A DNA stretch of 64,000 nucleotides from Smithellaceae bacterium (lineage in GTDB: Bacteria; Desulfobacterota; Syntrophia; Syntrophales; Smithellaceae). The notes below the pieces were generated by a model. The model was not told the origin of the DNA, made no database searches, and saw nothing but the letters and a program-made list of their open reading frames with translations. Positions 1-9,346 of this stretch are shown in pieces. Location: NCBI GenBank assembly GCA_963667845.2, contig CAXXVL010000002.1:1376001-1440000 (forward strand), in the 5' to 3' direction. Each line of letters opens with the position of its first letter. Position 1 is the first letter of the stretch. The translations under genes and the position numbers were made by a program.

Positions 1-114
1 ACCGGTGACGACGTATTCTTCGACCTCGGTTTGGAGATAACGGTCATCGTCTGCCTTGATGACTCCCTCGATGGGGCGTTCAACGGGTTTAATAAAGAGT
101 TCATGAATTTTCAT
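1..114 (-). CDS. brxC: BREX P-loop ATPase BrxC, 5' end only (runs off the window)
   Basis: Not in the ORF track. Manual translation from ATG at 114 gives MKIHELFIKPVERPIEGVIKADDDRYLQTEVEEYVVTG, the typical BrxC N-terminus (R-x-I-x-GVIK...EYV). Its start overlaps the brxB stop (ATGA). Confidence 0.85.
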   Translation of the reverse strand, partial: MKIHELFIKPVERPIEGVIKADDDRYLQTEVEEYVVTG

Positions 115-725
115 TGGTCTATCCTGTAATGGTCAAGATTGAATGCGCGATAATACGATGTTGTGAATCTTTTACTCTGCGGGGGATCAATAAGCTGTCC
201 GAAGAGACGCAACTGTGATGCGCCGTTTTCTTCGTGGGTGTACTCTCCGGGAAAAAACATGACGACGGGGTGCTTCATCATGGCGGGTTGCAGTGATTCA
301 AGAATGGTGTGGGTTCGGAGGAACGGATAAACATGCCCCACGCCCTTAATCAGGCTGACTTTGATGTCCGGTTCACCTATGATTTGGGAGAGTCTGGGAA
401 TCAGACGGGTGGCCGGATCAGCTATGTTATTGAGCATTTCCAACATCTTGCGCTTTGGCATGGCAGGTTCGCTTTCGATGGCCTTGTCCAACCGGCCGGA
501 GGCAGAGAGAAGATCGAGAACCATATCAAACAGATCAACAAGGGCCACGGAAATACCCTCTTTTTTCAGCCGTGCTATGGTGGCGGCGACAGTTAGTTCC
601 ATTTTGTCTTCATTCGCAGAATGATAGGTTTGGATGAAAATGGGCACTTCATTCGCCAAGCCCTTCATTGCCAGGAAGTCCGGGTGACTGAGAATGTTAA
701 AAAGCTGTTCCGGTGAATTTTTCAT
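111..725 (-). CDS. brxB: BREX protein BrxB (DUF1788)
   Basis: GLANEVPIFI, GVGHVYPFLRTHTILESLQ, VMFFPGEY and C-terminal YYRAFNL motifs; lies between brxA and brxC. Confidence 0.9.
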   Translation of the reverse strand: MKNSPEQLFNILSHPDFLAMKGLANEVPIFIQTYHSANEDKMELTVAATIARLKKEGISVALVDLFDMVLDLLSASGRLDKAIESEPAMPKRKMLEMLNNIADPATRLIPRLSQIIGEPDIKVSLIKGVGHVYPFLRTHTILESLQPAMMKHPVVMFFPGEYTHEENGASQLRLFGQLIDPPQSKRFTTSYYRAFNLDHYRIDQ

Positions 726-1402
726 TTACCCTTCCGAATAGCCGCGATTTCCTTGTCGGTCCATAGAAATCCGACAAGAAGCTGTGCATCATCGGCGACG
801 ATGCTGTCAATGACCCGTTTCGACTGCAATGGTCGAATAATCAGTCGTGCCCCGTTTTTCTTTCGTAGCATTCCGGCCTCCGTGAGCATCAACAACAAAA
901 CAGTCCGAATCTTTCTACTGCTGGATTCGGTCAGTTCGCCCAACTCCGGATGAGAAGGAAGTCTGGCTGCAATGAAATTATCATAATCCGAAGGCCGAAG
1001 TACCAAATCGAAATCTGACAACTTGCTCCTCAGCACATCAGCGGCAAATTCGCGAATCATGGCGGAGTACTTGATAGCGGCCAACCAGGCCATCGATGCT
1101 CTTTCTTCACTCGTACCCTCGGCAAGTAAAACAATTTGATCCTTCGTAAGGTTCTCCAGGCGAGTGCGGATCTCCCTCTCCATTCTGTGGAGGGATGACT
1201 TTGTTCGGCTTTGGAAGGTATTGTCCGCGAGAACCTGTTGACGTGCACCCGCCCACGTTCCGCAGGCAAGATAGGAATCAGCAGCAATTCGAGCCAAATC
1301 AGGACGCAGGGAAACAGATGTAAAGCTAAGGCGATAAGAGTTAGAACATAATTTATTGCCGTGGTTCAAGATCGATGTTGCCTCCCGTGCATAGGGGTGC
1401 AT
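722..1402 (-). CDS. brxA: BREX protein BrxA (DUF1819)
   Basis: YRLSFT...NTFQSRT..S..R..REIRTRL pattern; first gene of the brxA-brxB-brxC order with 4-bp overlaps. Start codon uncertain. Confidence 0.85.
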   Translation of the reverse strand: MHPYAREATSILNHGNKLCSNSYRLSFTSVSLRPDLARIAADSYLACGTWAGARQQVLADNTFQSRTKSSLHRMEREIRTRLENLTKDQIVLLAEGTSEERASMAWLAAIKYSAMIREFAADVLRSKLSDFDLVLRPSDYDNFIAARLPSHPELGELTESSSRKIRTVLLLMLTEAGMLRKKNGARLIIRPLQSKRVIDSIVADDAQLLVGFLWTDKEIAAIRKGK

Positions 1403-1886
1403 AATTAGGGATTTATTCAGACTACGATTAAATACATACCATCATGCACCGTGATGTCAAATCAAAAATAGTAGATACTACGTACGGCAAATCCTCCCCT
1501 TATCGTATCAATGACCTGATCCACATTTGATCTGTGCCCACTATAATCCATCCGGTCGAACATGCTCAGGGCGTGCCGACATTTCGAGCTTGGCTACTTT
1601 GCTCAAGACACAAGACACTATTTCCTATATTTCCGCAGAACCTGGTGCTTTGCGTGCCAATAGTCACCCTTTAGGTTATTTCCTAACGCCAGTAATCCTA
1701 GCCGTTATGTTATTTAACATTTCAAAATCACTAAACAATGATCCAATTATCTTTTCTAAAAAGCACACAGAGTTTTATGATGACTACCTCGACCTTCTCT
1801 GTAATCATAATTTATATGAACAGCCTAAAGATAATACTTGAATAATAGTATCCACAGGCAAGTGCGGATACCTCTTTCAAAGACCA

Positions 1887-2045
1887 AAACCATGTAAACC
1901 TAGTAAACCCACAAACCTATTAAATAAATATATATATTTTCCACAAACAAATATTTATTATCCCTTGTGTGGAATATTGGGTTTATTGGGTTTTACATGG
2001 TTTGCACTAGGTTTGTTACTTGGTGTGGATCCTTTTACATGGTTT
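1887..2045. repeat. Inverted array of short AAACC/GGTTT repeats around an AT-rich core
   Basis: AAACC at 1887, 1896, 1905, 1913; GGTTT at 1980, 1989, 1999, 2010, 2041. AAACCATGTAAA (1887) is mirrored by TTTACATGGTTT twice. Confidence 0.7.
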
Positions 2046-2070
2046 GTCATTAGAGCGCGCCCCAGATTAA

Positions 2071-3354
2071 TCAAAGACCTTCTTGTCGGCTGCGCTCTCT
2101 ATTGCGCGACGTTATCTTCGTACCGTTTGCTGTAAATGCTTTTTGCAGGGCTGCCGCCCCCTCGCGCAATCGGCTTTCGCTCATTTTTGCGTAACGCGCT
2201 GTCATAGTTGACGTGGCATGGCCGAGGCTCCTTTGCGTCAAGTACAAATCATGGGTGCTTTCGTAAAGGTGTGTCGCGTATGTATGACGCAGGGTGTGAA
2301 AGGTGATGCGTTGCTTCCTATCGGTGACGCCATCATTTAATTTTAAATCATCTACTGTCCGACTGAATGTTTTAGACGATTGCGCCATTACCCCGGTCTC
2401 TTTTTTGATTCGCTTCGGAAATATAAGTGCCTCCGGTCGGCCTTTCTTTCGGTTTTCAAGCATCGCTTTGGCCCTGTCAGTCAAATAGGCCGTTCGTGAT
2501 CCGGTCTTTGCGTTCAGAATAGCCAGTGTGCCCGCTTCAAGATTTACGCATGACCATGTCAGCGCCGCAATTTCGCCAAACCTTAAGCCGCAATGCAATG
2601 ACAGCAGCGCTTCGTCGTGAATATTATTGGATTTTACGGCCAGCGCCGCAAGCAGTTTTTCCGCTTCTTCAATGCTCAGATATCGCAATTTCATGTTATC
2701 TAACTTCGGCCACTTGACGGCCCTTGTCGGTGAATCCCCAGTATAAATTCCAAGCTTCCGTGCCATATTGAAAACCTGTCTAATCACCTGCAAAACATAT
2801 TCAATGGTCCGGGCGCTCAGCTTTTGATCGGCCATTGTCTTTTTTATTTTTTCCAGGTGGAAGGCGTTGATCGTTGGAAAAGTCAGGGAGCCTATTGCAT
2901 CGGAAATGTGTCTTTCATAAAGCATGGATTCAACATCATGGGTCTTGGCTTTTTTGTCCAGTTTGCTTTGTGGTAGGTAAGTATCCCTCATAAAATGGTC
3001 AAACGTGACGTTTTCCTTTTCCGCTTGCGTTCGTTCCAGTTCAGCCAGATCGCGCTTTTCCTGCTCGATAATGCGCTTTTCCTTTGGTGATTTTGGTCCG
3101 GTGCCGAGCTTGATATTTCCTTTATACTGCCTTAGCAGCTTCAAACAATAATCTTCAAAGCCTAGGCCGGGTTCGTCCTTGCGGATTTCGTCGGGAATCC
3201 CTTCGCTCAGCCAACCGACGCCAAAGTCATGCAATGTCCCGTCAACGCGAAATCGAATTGAATAATAGCGGTCCAGTTTTTTGCCATGTTTGCGTTTTGG
3301 GTTCTCGTAATATCTCAGCCCCTTATGATTTGTCCTTACCCATTGGATCGGCAT
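2071..3354 (-). CDS. Tyrosine recombinase/integrase
   Basis: Complete catalytic set: GLRFGE (R), NAKTG (K), HTLRH (HxxR), LGH, RYA (Y). ATG at 3354 follows an AAGGAAGG SD-like sequence (the ORF track extends to 3396). Confidence 0.92.
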   Translation of the reverse strand: MPIQWVRTNHKGLRYYENPKRKHGKKLDRYYSIRFRVDGTLHDFGVGWLSEGIPDEIRKDEPGLGFEDYCLKLLRQYKGNIKLGTGPKSPKEKRIIEQEKRDLAELERTQAEKENVTFDHFMRDTYLPQSKLDKKAKTHDVESMLYERHISDAIGSLTFPTINAFHLEKIKKTMADQKLSARTIEYVLQVIRQVFNMARKLGIYTGDSPTRAVKWPKLDNMKLRYLSIEEAEKLLAALAVKSNNIHDEALLSLHCGLRFGEIAALTWSCVNLEAGTLAILNAKTGSRTAYLTDRAKAMLENRKKGRPEALIFPKRIKKETGVMAQSSKTFSRTVDDLKLNDGVTDRKQRITFHTLRHTYATHLYESTHDLYLTQRSLGHATSTMTARYAKMSESRLREGAAALQKAFTANGTKITSRNRERSRQEGL

Positions 3355-3388
3355 TTTATACCTTCCTTTATTAATCAGTATGTCTTGC

Positions 3389-3409
3389 TTTACCACTCCT
3401 TTACCACTT
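3389..3409. repeat. Tandem TTTACCACT direct repeats, candidate integrase arm-type sites
   Basis: TTTACCACTCC-TTTACCACTT between the integrase start and the tRNA fragment; a similar pair (TTTGCTACTCC-TATTGCTATC) lies at about 3622-3642. Confidence 0.5.
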
Positions 3410-3526
3410 TTTCCCCTAAAACAGACTATTTCAGAGTGACCCCGTGTGAAGGTGATATAGTTCTAAGTAGTTTAAATGTCAAATAGATTATTGTTCTAAC
3501 TGAAACTATATGAAAGTTAAAAAATA

Positions 3527-3574
3527 TGATTCGTAATCAGTAGGTCCCCGGTTCAAATCCGGGCATCGGCTCCA
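3527..3574 (+). tRNA. 3' fragment of tRNA-Thr(CGT), an att core duplication and not a full tRNA
   Basis: TGAT-TCGTAAT-CAG anticodon arm (CGT), T-arm CCCGG-TTCAAAT-CCGGG and acceptor 3' strand ending CCA. D-arm and 5' acceptor strand are absent upstream. Confidence 0.88.
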
Positions 3575-3936
3575 GTAAAATCAATCAGTTACCTGGCGGC
3601 AATCAGCAATTCATTTTTCCCTTTGCTACTCCTATTGCTATCTTGTGGTTCCATTTTTCGTGATCCCTGGTGCGGTTTGAATAATCATGGATTTCTGTAA
3701 AGTATTGGATATATGGTACTTATCATAGATTGTTTCGAACCATTGACTTCACCCACCTATCCACAATATTTGGCAGTCATATAAATTGAGGATTACCATT
3801 GTAATCATCTTTTTTCATTTCAGGGAACTTGGCAGATTTTCTCCATTCAGATAAAGATATGCTTGCATATTAATGCACCACAAATATATATTATTAACGA
3901 ACTTAATCCAAATGGGCATTCTTAGGAGGTTTTGCT

Positions 3937-4497
3937 ATGAACGTAAAAGGCACTTTTTATGTTTTGACAAAGACTGCTATGACCACAGCTTTCGGCGAGG
4001 AACGCTGGAAGTCCTTTATGACCAAGCTGGCAGAGAAGGACAAATATTTCAAAAATATGATTATGTCCATTACGCTCAGTCCGGTGGAGAAGTTAATTAT
4101 ATTTTTTGATGAGATGTGTGCCGAATTCTTCAACAACGACAAAATGTCATACTTGATGTTTGGAAAGATAGGCGCTAAATACGCCCTGTCTCCGGAAGGC
4201 CCGTACAAAGCTTTTATCCTCACGAAGGATATAAAGCAGTTTGTCGAGGTTTACATGCCTAAGCTCTGGACGGCGTTTTTTGACGGCGGTACAGTGATCA
4301 CGAAGTTAGAGAACAACATCGTTCATCTCAAAATCACAGGGATTAATATAAAGAATTTGTACTTCGAACAACTTGTTATGGGTTACAACCAGCAGGCCCT
4401 CAAAGTGTTCGGGAAAAAAACTGCTGTGAAAAAGGTCAGGAGTATTGCATCGGGTGATAAAGATATTTATTACCAGTTCGAATTAAAGGAATCTTGA
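3937..4497 (+). CDS. Hypothetical protein, possibly H-NOX/V4R-like ligand-binding fold
   Basis: AGGAGG SD; N-terminal xKGxF then a helical FGEERW segment resembling H-NOX/V4R-type proteins. Fold is inferred only. Confidence 0.55.
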   Translation: MNVKGTFYVLTKTAMTTAFGEERWKSFMTKLAEKDKYFKNMIMSITLSPVEKLIIFFDEMCAEFFNNDKMSYLMFGKIGAKYALSPEGPYKAFILTKDIKQFVEVYMPKLWTAFFDGGTVITKLENNIVHLKITGINIKNLYFEQLVMGYNQQALKVFGKKTAVKKVRSIASGDKDIYYQFELKES

Positions 4498-4790
4498 CCA
4501 CAAAATACAAGGTGCGTGTCGATTATTGCCGGGCGCGAATAGTGTTGATTACGGGTTGAAATATTGCATATTTGTGCAGGTTGGCGATTTATCTGTTACA
4601 CGGAGTAATACTTAGCCCGTTTCTGAATCCTAACAAATAACGTTACCTGCATGAAAACCCGTTTCTCCGATAAGTCATATGCGAGGATATCAGGGCTTTT
4701 AAAAAGGTTCAATTCTATTTAACCAAGGGGGGCTACCCCTTGACCAGAGCTTCACCATTTAAAGTCATACAAAAGTCCTGACTGTCGCGC

Positions 4791-5130
4791 CTAATTCCAG
4801 AGTTCCTTAATCGGATCACCGATTGCTTCGTCTGTTATGTCTGCATATACCATCGTTGATTGAACGGAAACGTGCCCGAGCTGTCTTTGAACAGCGCGAA
4901 GGTCCTTCTCAACAGCATACAATTTAACGGCATAAGAGTGTCTCAGAGCGTGAACCGACTTGCCCGCTCATCAAGATCAAGCTGCTTGAGGTATTTCTTC
5001 ACGATCAATTGAATTGCCTGATTTGTCCGAGCCCGCGCTGACCGACAAACAGAAAATCATCATCGCCCACACGCTTGTGCACCGTCTGTTTCCAGTCTAG
5101 AAACGTTTTTAAATGCCTCTTAACTTTTCT
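4791..5130 (-). pseudogene. Frameshifted C-terminal remnant of a second tyrosine recombinase
   Basis: Manual minus-strand translation: DDDFLFVGQRG / TNQAIQLIVKKYLKQLDLD / GKSVHALRHSYAVKLYAVEKDLRAVQRQLGHVSVQSTMVYADITDEAIGDPIKELWN*, with two frameshifts and no N-terminus. Upstream boundary approximate. Confidence 0.85.
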
Positions 5131-5496
5131 CCAACTTTTTCAATATTTTTATGTGAACACATATTTTAAAGATCAAGAATTATTGGGATGTACTCTTCCG
5201 GAACTCTAAAATAGCCACTCGTTCGCTTTGGAAGCCCGGCCGTAAAAATAATCTTGACTCGTCTATTTGCCTGTGTTTAACCTCAAAAAGGTTTTTTTGT
5301 GAAAAATATTAGTGTAATTAATGTTATTCCTTTCCGGACTGGCAAGCAGGTTGAACCATTATGGACAATAAGAATCATCCCGGCTTGTCCATCAACCATT
5401 CTGAATCAATGCCATCACACAAAGAACGTGTGCTTGATCGCATGCTACTTTCTCTATCAGGACCGTTGACGCCGATAATCAACGATAATCAAAAGG

Positions 5497-7806
5497 ATGC
5501 CATTCATGAGTGATAACGCCGAAATCGCCGAATTACAGGAAATTCTCAGACTGCGAAAGGGGTTGCAGGACATAACCAATTGTATCAATGCGGCGCAGAG
5601 TATTAAACAGATTATTTTTGATGCCCGGCCTAGAATCACCCAACTTTTTCGGGTCGAAGCAACGCATATTTACGTTGTTAACAGTAAGGATAAAGAAGAA
5701 ATTTATACGTTCGTTTCCTTAGGGGATCAAACGAAGGAAAGAAAGACTGCCGTCAGTAATCTTACGATACCCGGGTATGTTGCCAACACGAGGAAAATGG
5801 TTAGTATCTCCGATTTCAGTAATAATTTGCAGATTAGCAAATATTCGGATCTCCTTCTTGATTCAAATACGGATACAAGGTTCGGTGTGAATGTCCGGCA
5901 AATTTTGGCAATGCCGATCATTTACGGCGGCGAAACGATGGGCGTCATTGAGATCATTAATAAAAAAGGACCGGAGCGGCGATTCATGGATAATGAACCG
6001 GTTCTTCTGCAGGAAATTGCTGAGGTGCTGGCCATTGCCCTTTATAATCAGCAGCGGATCGATCCGAAGGTGAAAAGGTCAAAATTCAGTTATTTAACCT
6101 CTAATGACTTGATTACGGAAGAAGATCTGAATCAGGCCAGAGAAGAGGCAAGAGAATTGCAGGAACCGCTGGAAAACGTCCTGATGAAGAGATATAAAAT
6201 CAGCAAAAGCGATATCGGCCAATGTTTTGAGTATTTCTACCAGTGTAAGTTCGTTTCGTTTGATCCCAATACGCCCATCCCGAGCGACATTCTTAAGAAT
6301 CTGAAAAAGGAATATTTGACGCGGGAAGCTTGGGTCCCGCTGGAAAAAAAAAGCGACAAAACGGTTCGCGTCATTGTGGATGATCCGCAGAATATTCTTA
6401 AGCGGGATGCCATTGAAAATTTATTGAGAACGAAATCGATTCAATACGATATCGCCTTAAAGGATGACATCCTCAAATACATCGAATATTTTTACGGGGA
6501 GCGTTCCGCTGAAGATGCATCATTCACGGACCTTCTCGGCAAGCTGGATAGCGCTGATCAGCCGGTAGATGAAAGCGAAGAGTCCGTGACAGATTCCGAC
6601 AGCGCCATTATTCAGATCGTGAATAAGATCATCAACGACGCTTTTTCCCGCAGAGCATCGGATATTCATATTGAGCCGGATGTCATCGATAAAAATGTTC
6701 TGGTCCGGTACCGGATAGACGGGGATTGTGCACTGTATCAGACGCTGCCCTACAGTTACCGGTCAGCCATTCTCTCGAGAATCAAAATCATGGCTAACCT
6801 GGATATTACCATGAAGCGGATTCCGCAGGACGGCAAAATTAAATTAAAAAAAGCGGGTGTCGGAGAAATTGAACTGCGTGTGGCGACCATTCCGACCCAG
6901 GGGGGCGTAGAAGATGTAGTCATGCGTATCCTGGCCAAGGGAGACGCGCTGCCGCTTCACGCCATGAATATGACGCCAAGAAATTACAAGGAACTCCTGA
7001 ATATTTGTGAGCAACCCTATGGAATGATTCTATGTGTCGGTCCTACCGGTTCAGGGAAAACGACGACCCTTCATGCGATTTTGAGTCATATTAACAAGCC
7101 GGAGCGGAAAATCTGGACGGCGGAAGATCCGGTGGAAATCACGCAGCGCGGCTTAAGGCAGGTTCAGGTGCAGCCCAAAATCGGATTCGATTTTGCTGCA
7201 GCCATGCGATCGTTTCTGCGCGCCGATCCGGATGTGATCATGGTCGGTGAAATGAGAGATTTCGAAACAGCCAAAATCGGTGTCGAAGCTTCGCTGACCG
7301 GTCATCTGGTCTTGAGCACACTGCATACCAACAGTGCTCCGGAGACCGTTTCCCGGCTTCTGGACATGGGGATTGATCCGTTGAATTTTTCAGATTCTCT
7401 GCTGGGTGTTCTCGCGCAACGACTGGTGAGGACCCTGTGCGACAAGTGTAAAGAAGCCTATAATCCGACCCAGGCCGAATATGATCAGATTGCGAAGAGC
7501 TACGGCGTCGAACTTTTCAAAAAGGAAAACATCCCTTACTCCAAAAATCTGATGCTGTATCGGCCCAGAGGCTGTGATGCCTGTGATAGAACGGGATACA
7601 GGGGACGAATCGGCATTCATGAATTGCTCATTAATACGGAAGAAATAAAAAAACGATCGATCGAACGGAGGGAGAGCATTGACGTTATCCGCAACATCGC
7701 CATGGCCGAGGGCATGTTGACGCTTTACCAGGACGGAATATTGAAGGCTTTTCAGGGCCTGACGGACATCAGGCAGGTGCACCGGGTTTGTATTAATACC
7801 CGGTAG
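5497..7806 (+). CDS. GspE/PilB-family secretion/pilus ATPase with N-terminal GAF domain
   Basis: GAF-like N-terminus (LAMPI...GVIEIINK), ASDIHIEP, Walker A GPTGSGKT, AEDPVE, LRADPDVIMVGEMRD, TGHLVLSTLHTN, tetracysteine CDKC/CDAC. Confidence 0.9.
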   Translation: MPFMSDNAEIAELQEILRLRKGLQDITNCINAAQSIKQIIFDARPRITQLFRVEATHIYVVNSKDKEEIYTFVSLGDQTKERKTAVSNLTIPGYVANTRKMVSISDFSNNLQISKYSDLLLDSNTDTRFGVNVRQILAMPIIYGGETMGVIEIINKKGPERRFMDNEPVLLQEIAEVLAIALYNQQRIDPKVKRSKFSYLTSNDLITEEDLNQAREEARELQEPLENVLMKRYKISKSDIGQCFEYFYQCKFVSFDPNTPIPSDILKNLKKEYLTREAWVPLEKKSDKTVRVIVDDPQNILKRDAIENLLRTKSIQYDIALKDDILKYIEYFYGERSAEDASFTDLLGKLDSADQPVDESEESVTDSDSAIIQIVNKIINDAFSRRASDIHIEPDVIDKNVLVRYRIDGDCALYQTLPYSYRSAILSRIKIMANLDITMKRIPQDGKIKLKKAGVGEIELRVATIPTQGGVEDVVMRILAKGDALPLHAMNMTPRNYKELLNICEQPYGMILCVGPTGSGKTTTLHAILSHINKPERKIWTAEDPVEITQRGLRQVQVQPKIGFDFAAAMRSFLRADPDVIMVGEMRDFETAKIGVEASLTGHLVLSTLHTNSAPETVSRLLDMGIDPLNFSDSLLGVLAQRLVRTLCDKCKEAYNPTQAEYDQIAKSYGVELFKKENIPYSKNLMLYRPRGCDACDRTGYRGRIGIHELLINTEEIKKRSIERRESIDVIRNIAMAEGMLTLYQDGILKAFQGLTDIRQVHRVCINTR

Positions 7807-7853
7807 CCTCTGATCCTCCCTGCCTCTTTTTCTATAGAGAGGTCGAAAGATGC

Positions 7854-7955
7854 TTAAATCCCGCTCACGCGGGACGAGCGTTAATTCCCTGTCGTTTGCT
7901 GCGAAATAATGATGTTCATTTCATACCTCGACAGCTTGCTGCGAGGTGGTTGATT
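7854..7955. repeat. Dispersed ~102-bp palindromic repeat, copy 1 (MITE/REP-like)
   Basis: Closely similar to 58308-58409 and to the internally deleted copy at 22268-22329. Confidence 0.85.
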
Positions 7956-8001
7956 AAAAAAAAGTCCCGGTCTCACAGGATGTAATGAGGCCGGGACTTT
8001 T
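7956..8001. terminator. Probable bidirectional intrinsic terminator
   Basis: A8-GTCCCGGTCTCA...TGAGGCCGGGAC-T4 between convergent genes. Confidence 0.75.
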
Positions 8002-8068
8002 ACGTTCTTTAATGTTTATGACTGTCGATTAACCTTCGGCTGCAATCGATAATAAAGCCTCCCGGTTC

Positions 8069-9298
8069 TTAATTAAGCGGTTTCCTGGGTATCATGATCT
8101 TGGAGAGTTTATTAACACTTTCAAATTCTGCGTGGGTTTTGGTCCACCAGATATAAACGTCGGCCTGAGCAAATTTCCCTCCTTTAATGGATTGAATGAC
8201 GGCGGGCATATAGATGCGCCCTGCATCGGAAACACCGTACATTTCTGCGGGATATTTGTCGCCCAGCATCGGCAGGGCTTTGGGAAAAGCGGCGCGAACC
8301 GCATAAACGTTATCCTGCGTTCCCGCGGCGGCAATCGCCTTAGCCAGGGCATGCATGGATCCATAATGGATCAAAGCTTCCCAGGTGACGATTCTCTTAT
8401 ACGTATCTTGATATTTCTTGGTGAAAGCTGAAGAAACCGGCGATGGAACCGAAGAGACGTTGGCCGTGCCTATGGCGTTTTCCATCAACTTGGTTCCGTC
8501 CAGCATCTGGGCGATGGTATCCATTTTGGCCTGATCGACGATGAGAAAACCGCCCTTGAACCCCATCTGGCGCGCCTGGGCAATGACGAGCGCCGTTGTT
8601 CCCGAAGGACCGCCGATGAGCATAACGTCCGGATTGGTGGCGATCGCTGCAGTCAGTGGAGCGACGAAATCAGTTCTCGTGTAGTAATTGGCAGGCTTGT
8701 CCGCCGTAATCCTTCCTCCCATTTTTTCCCAATAAGACTTGAAAACCTGCCGCCATTCATCTCCGTAAGTGCCGAGAGTGACAACCATGGCCGCTTTACG
8801 CCACCCTTTTCCCCAGGCGAATTTGGCGTATACCTTGGCGTAATCCGTCAACTGCGGTGCAGCGATCAGCAGGAGATTATTTTTTGTAGCATCGGCTTTA
8901 AGAGAGGATGTATAACCCATGACGATAAACTCGCCGCATTCTTCTTCGTTGATCTTCAGCAGTGCCGCAGCCGATGTGAAAACAGGATCAAATACCGCCA
9001 GAGCCCCTTTCCCCATTAGTTGACGGGCGTTGGCGACGGCAATCTCGGGGCTGACCTTGTCATCCATTCGCTCGAGTTTGAAAAAGAACTTCTGACCATC
9101 GGCGGTGACGCCTCCGGATGCGTTTATTTCCTTTATCGCCATATCAATGCCGTTCACGCAATCCTGCCCGTATTCACCTGCGGGGCCGCTCAACGGGCCG
9201 GTAAAGCCGATCACAATTTCGGCCGTGAAACCGGAAGCACTCCAGAAAACAATGGAAGCCATGGCGAGTAAACACAATATTTTATTAAAATGCCTCAT
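8069..9298 (-). CDS. ABC transporter substrate-binding protein, Leu/Ile/Val-binding family
   Basis: Signal peptide, IGFTGPLSGPAGEYGQD, TDF..PL...NPDV; paralogue of 29690-30943. Confidence 0.88.
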   Translation of the reverse strand: MRHFNKILCLLAMASIVFWSASGFTAEIVIGFTGPLSGPAGEYGQDCVNGIDMAIKEINASGGVTADGQKFFFKLERMDDKVSPEIAVANARQLMGKGALAVFDPVFTSAAALLKINEEECGEFIVMGYTSSLKADATKNNLLLIAAPQLTDYAKVYAKFAWGKGWRKAAMVVTLGTYGDEWRQVFKSYWEKMGGRITADKPANYYTRTDFVAPLTAAIATNPDVMLIGGPSGTTALVIAQARQMGFKGGFLIVDQAKMDTIAQMLDGTKLMENAIGTANVSSVPSPVSSAFTKKYQDTYKRIVTWEALIHYGSMHALAKAIAAAGTQDNVYAVRAAFPKALPMLGDKYPAEMYGVSDAGRIYMPAVIQSIKGGKFAQADVYIWWTKTHAEFESVNKLSKIMIPRKPLN

Positions 9299-9346
9299 TT
9301 TCCCCTCCTCATTTGATTAGAAATTCATTCACCGTTATCGATGGCA

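Larger units (their letters stand above)
1..3574. mobile_element. Right end of an integrative element/genomic island inserted in tRNA-Thr(CGT), carrying BREX
   Basis: Tyrosine integrase next to a displaced tRNA 3' fragment, arm-like direct repeats, defence cargo and AT-rich intergenic DNA. The left end lies outside the window. Confidence 0.8.

Noticed and set aside
1527..1841. 104-aa plus-strand ORF inside the island
   Set aside because: TTG start, no SD, no recognisable motif; cannot be supported.
3481..3574. Complete tRNA-Thr gene
   Set aside because: Only the anticodon arm to CCA is present; upstream AT-rich sequence cannot form the D-arm or acceptor 5' strand.
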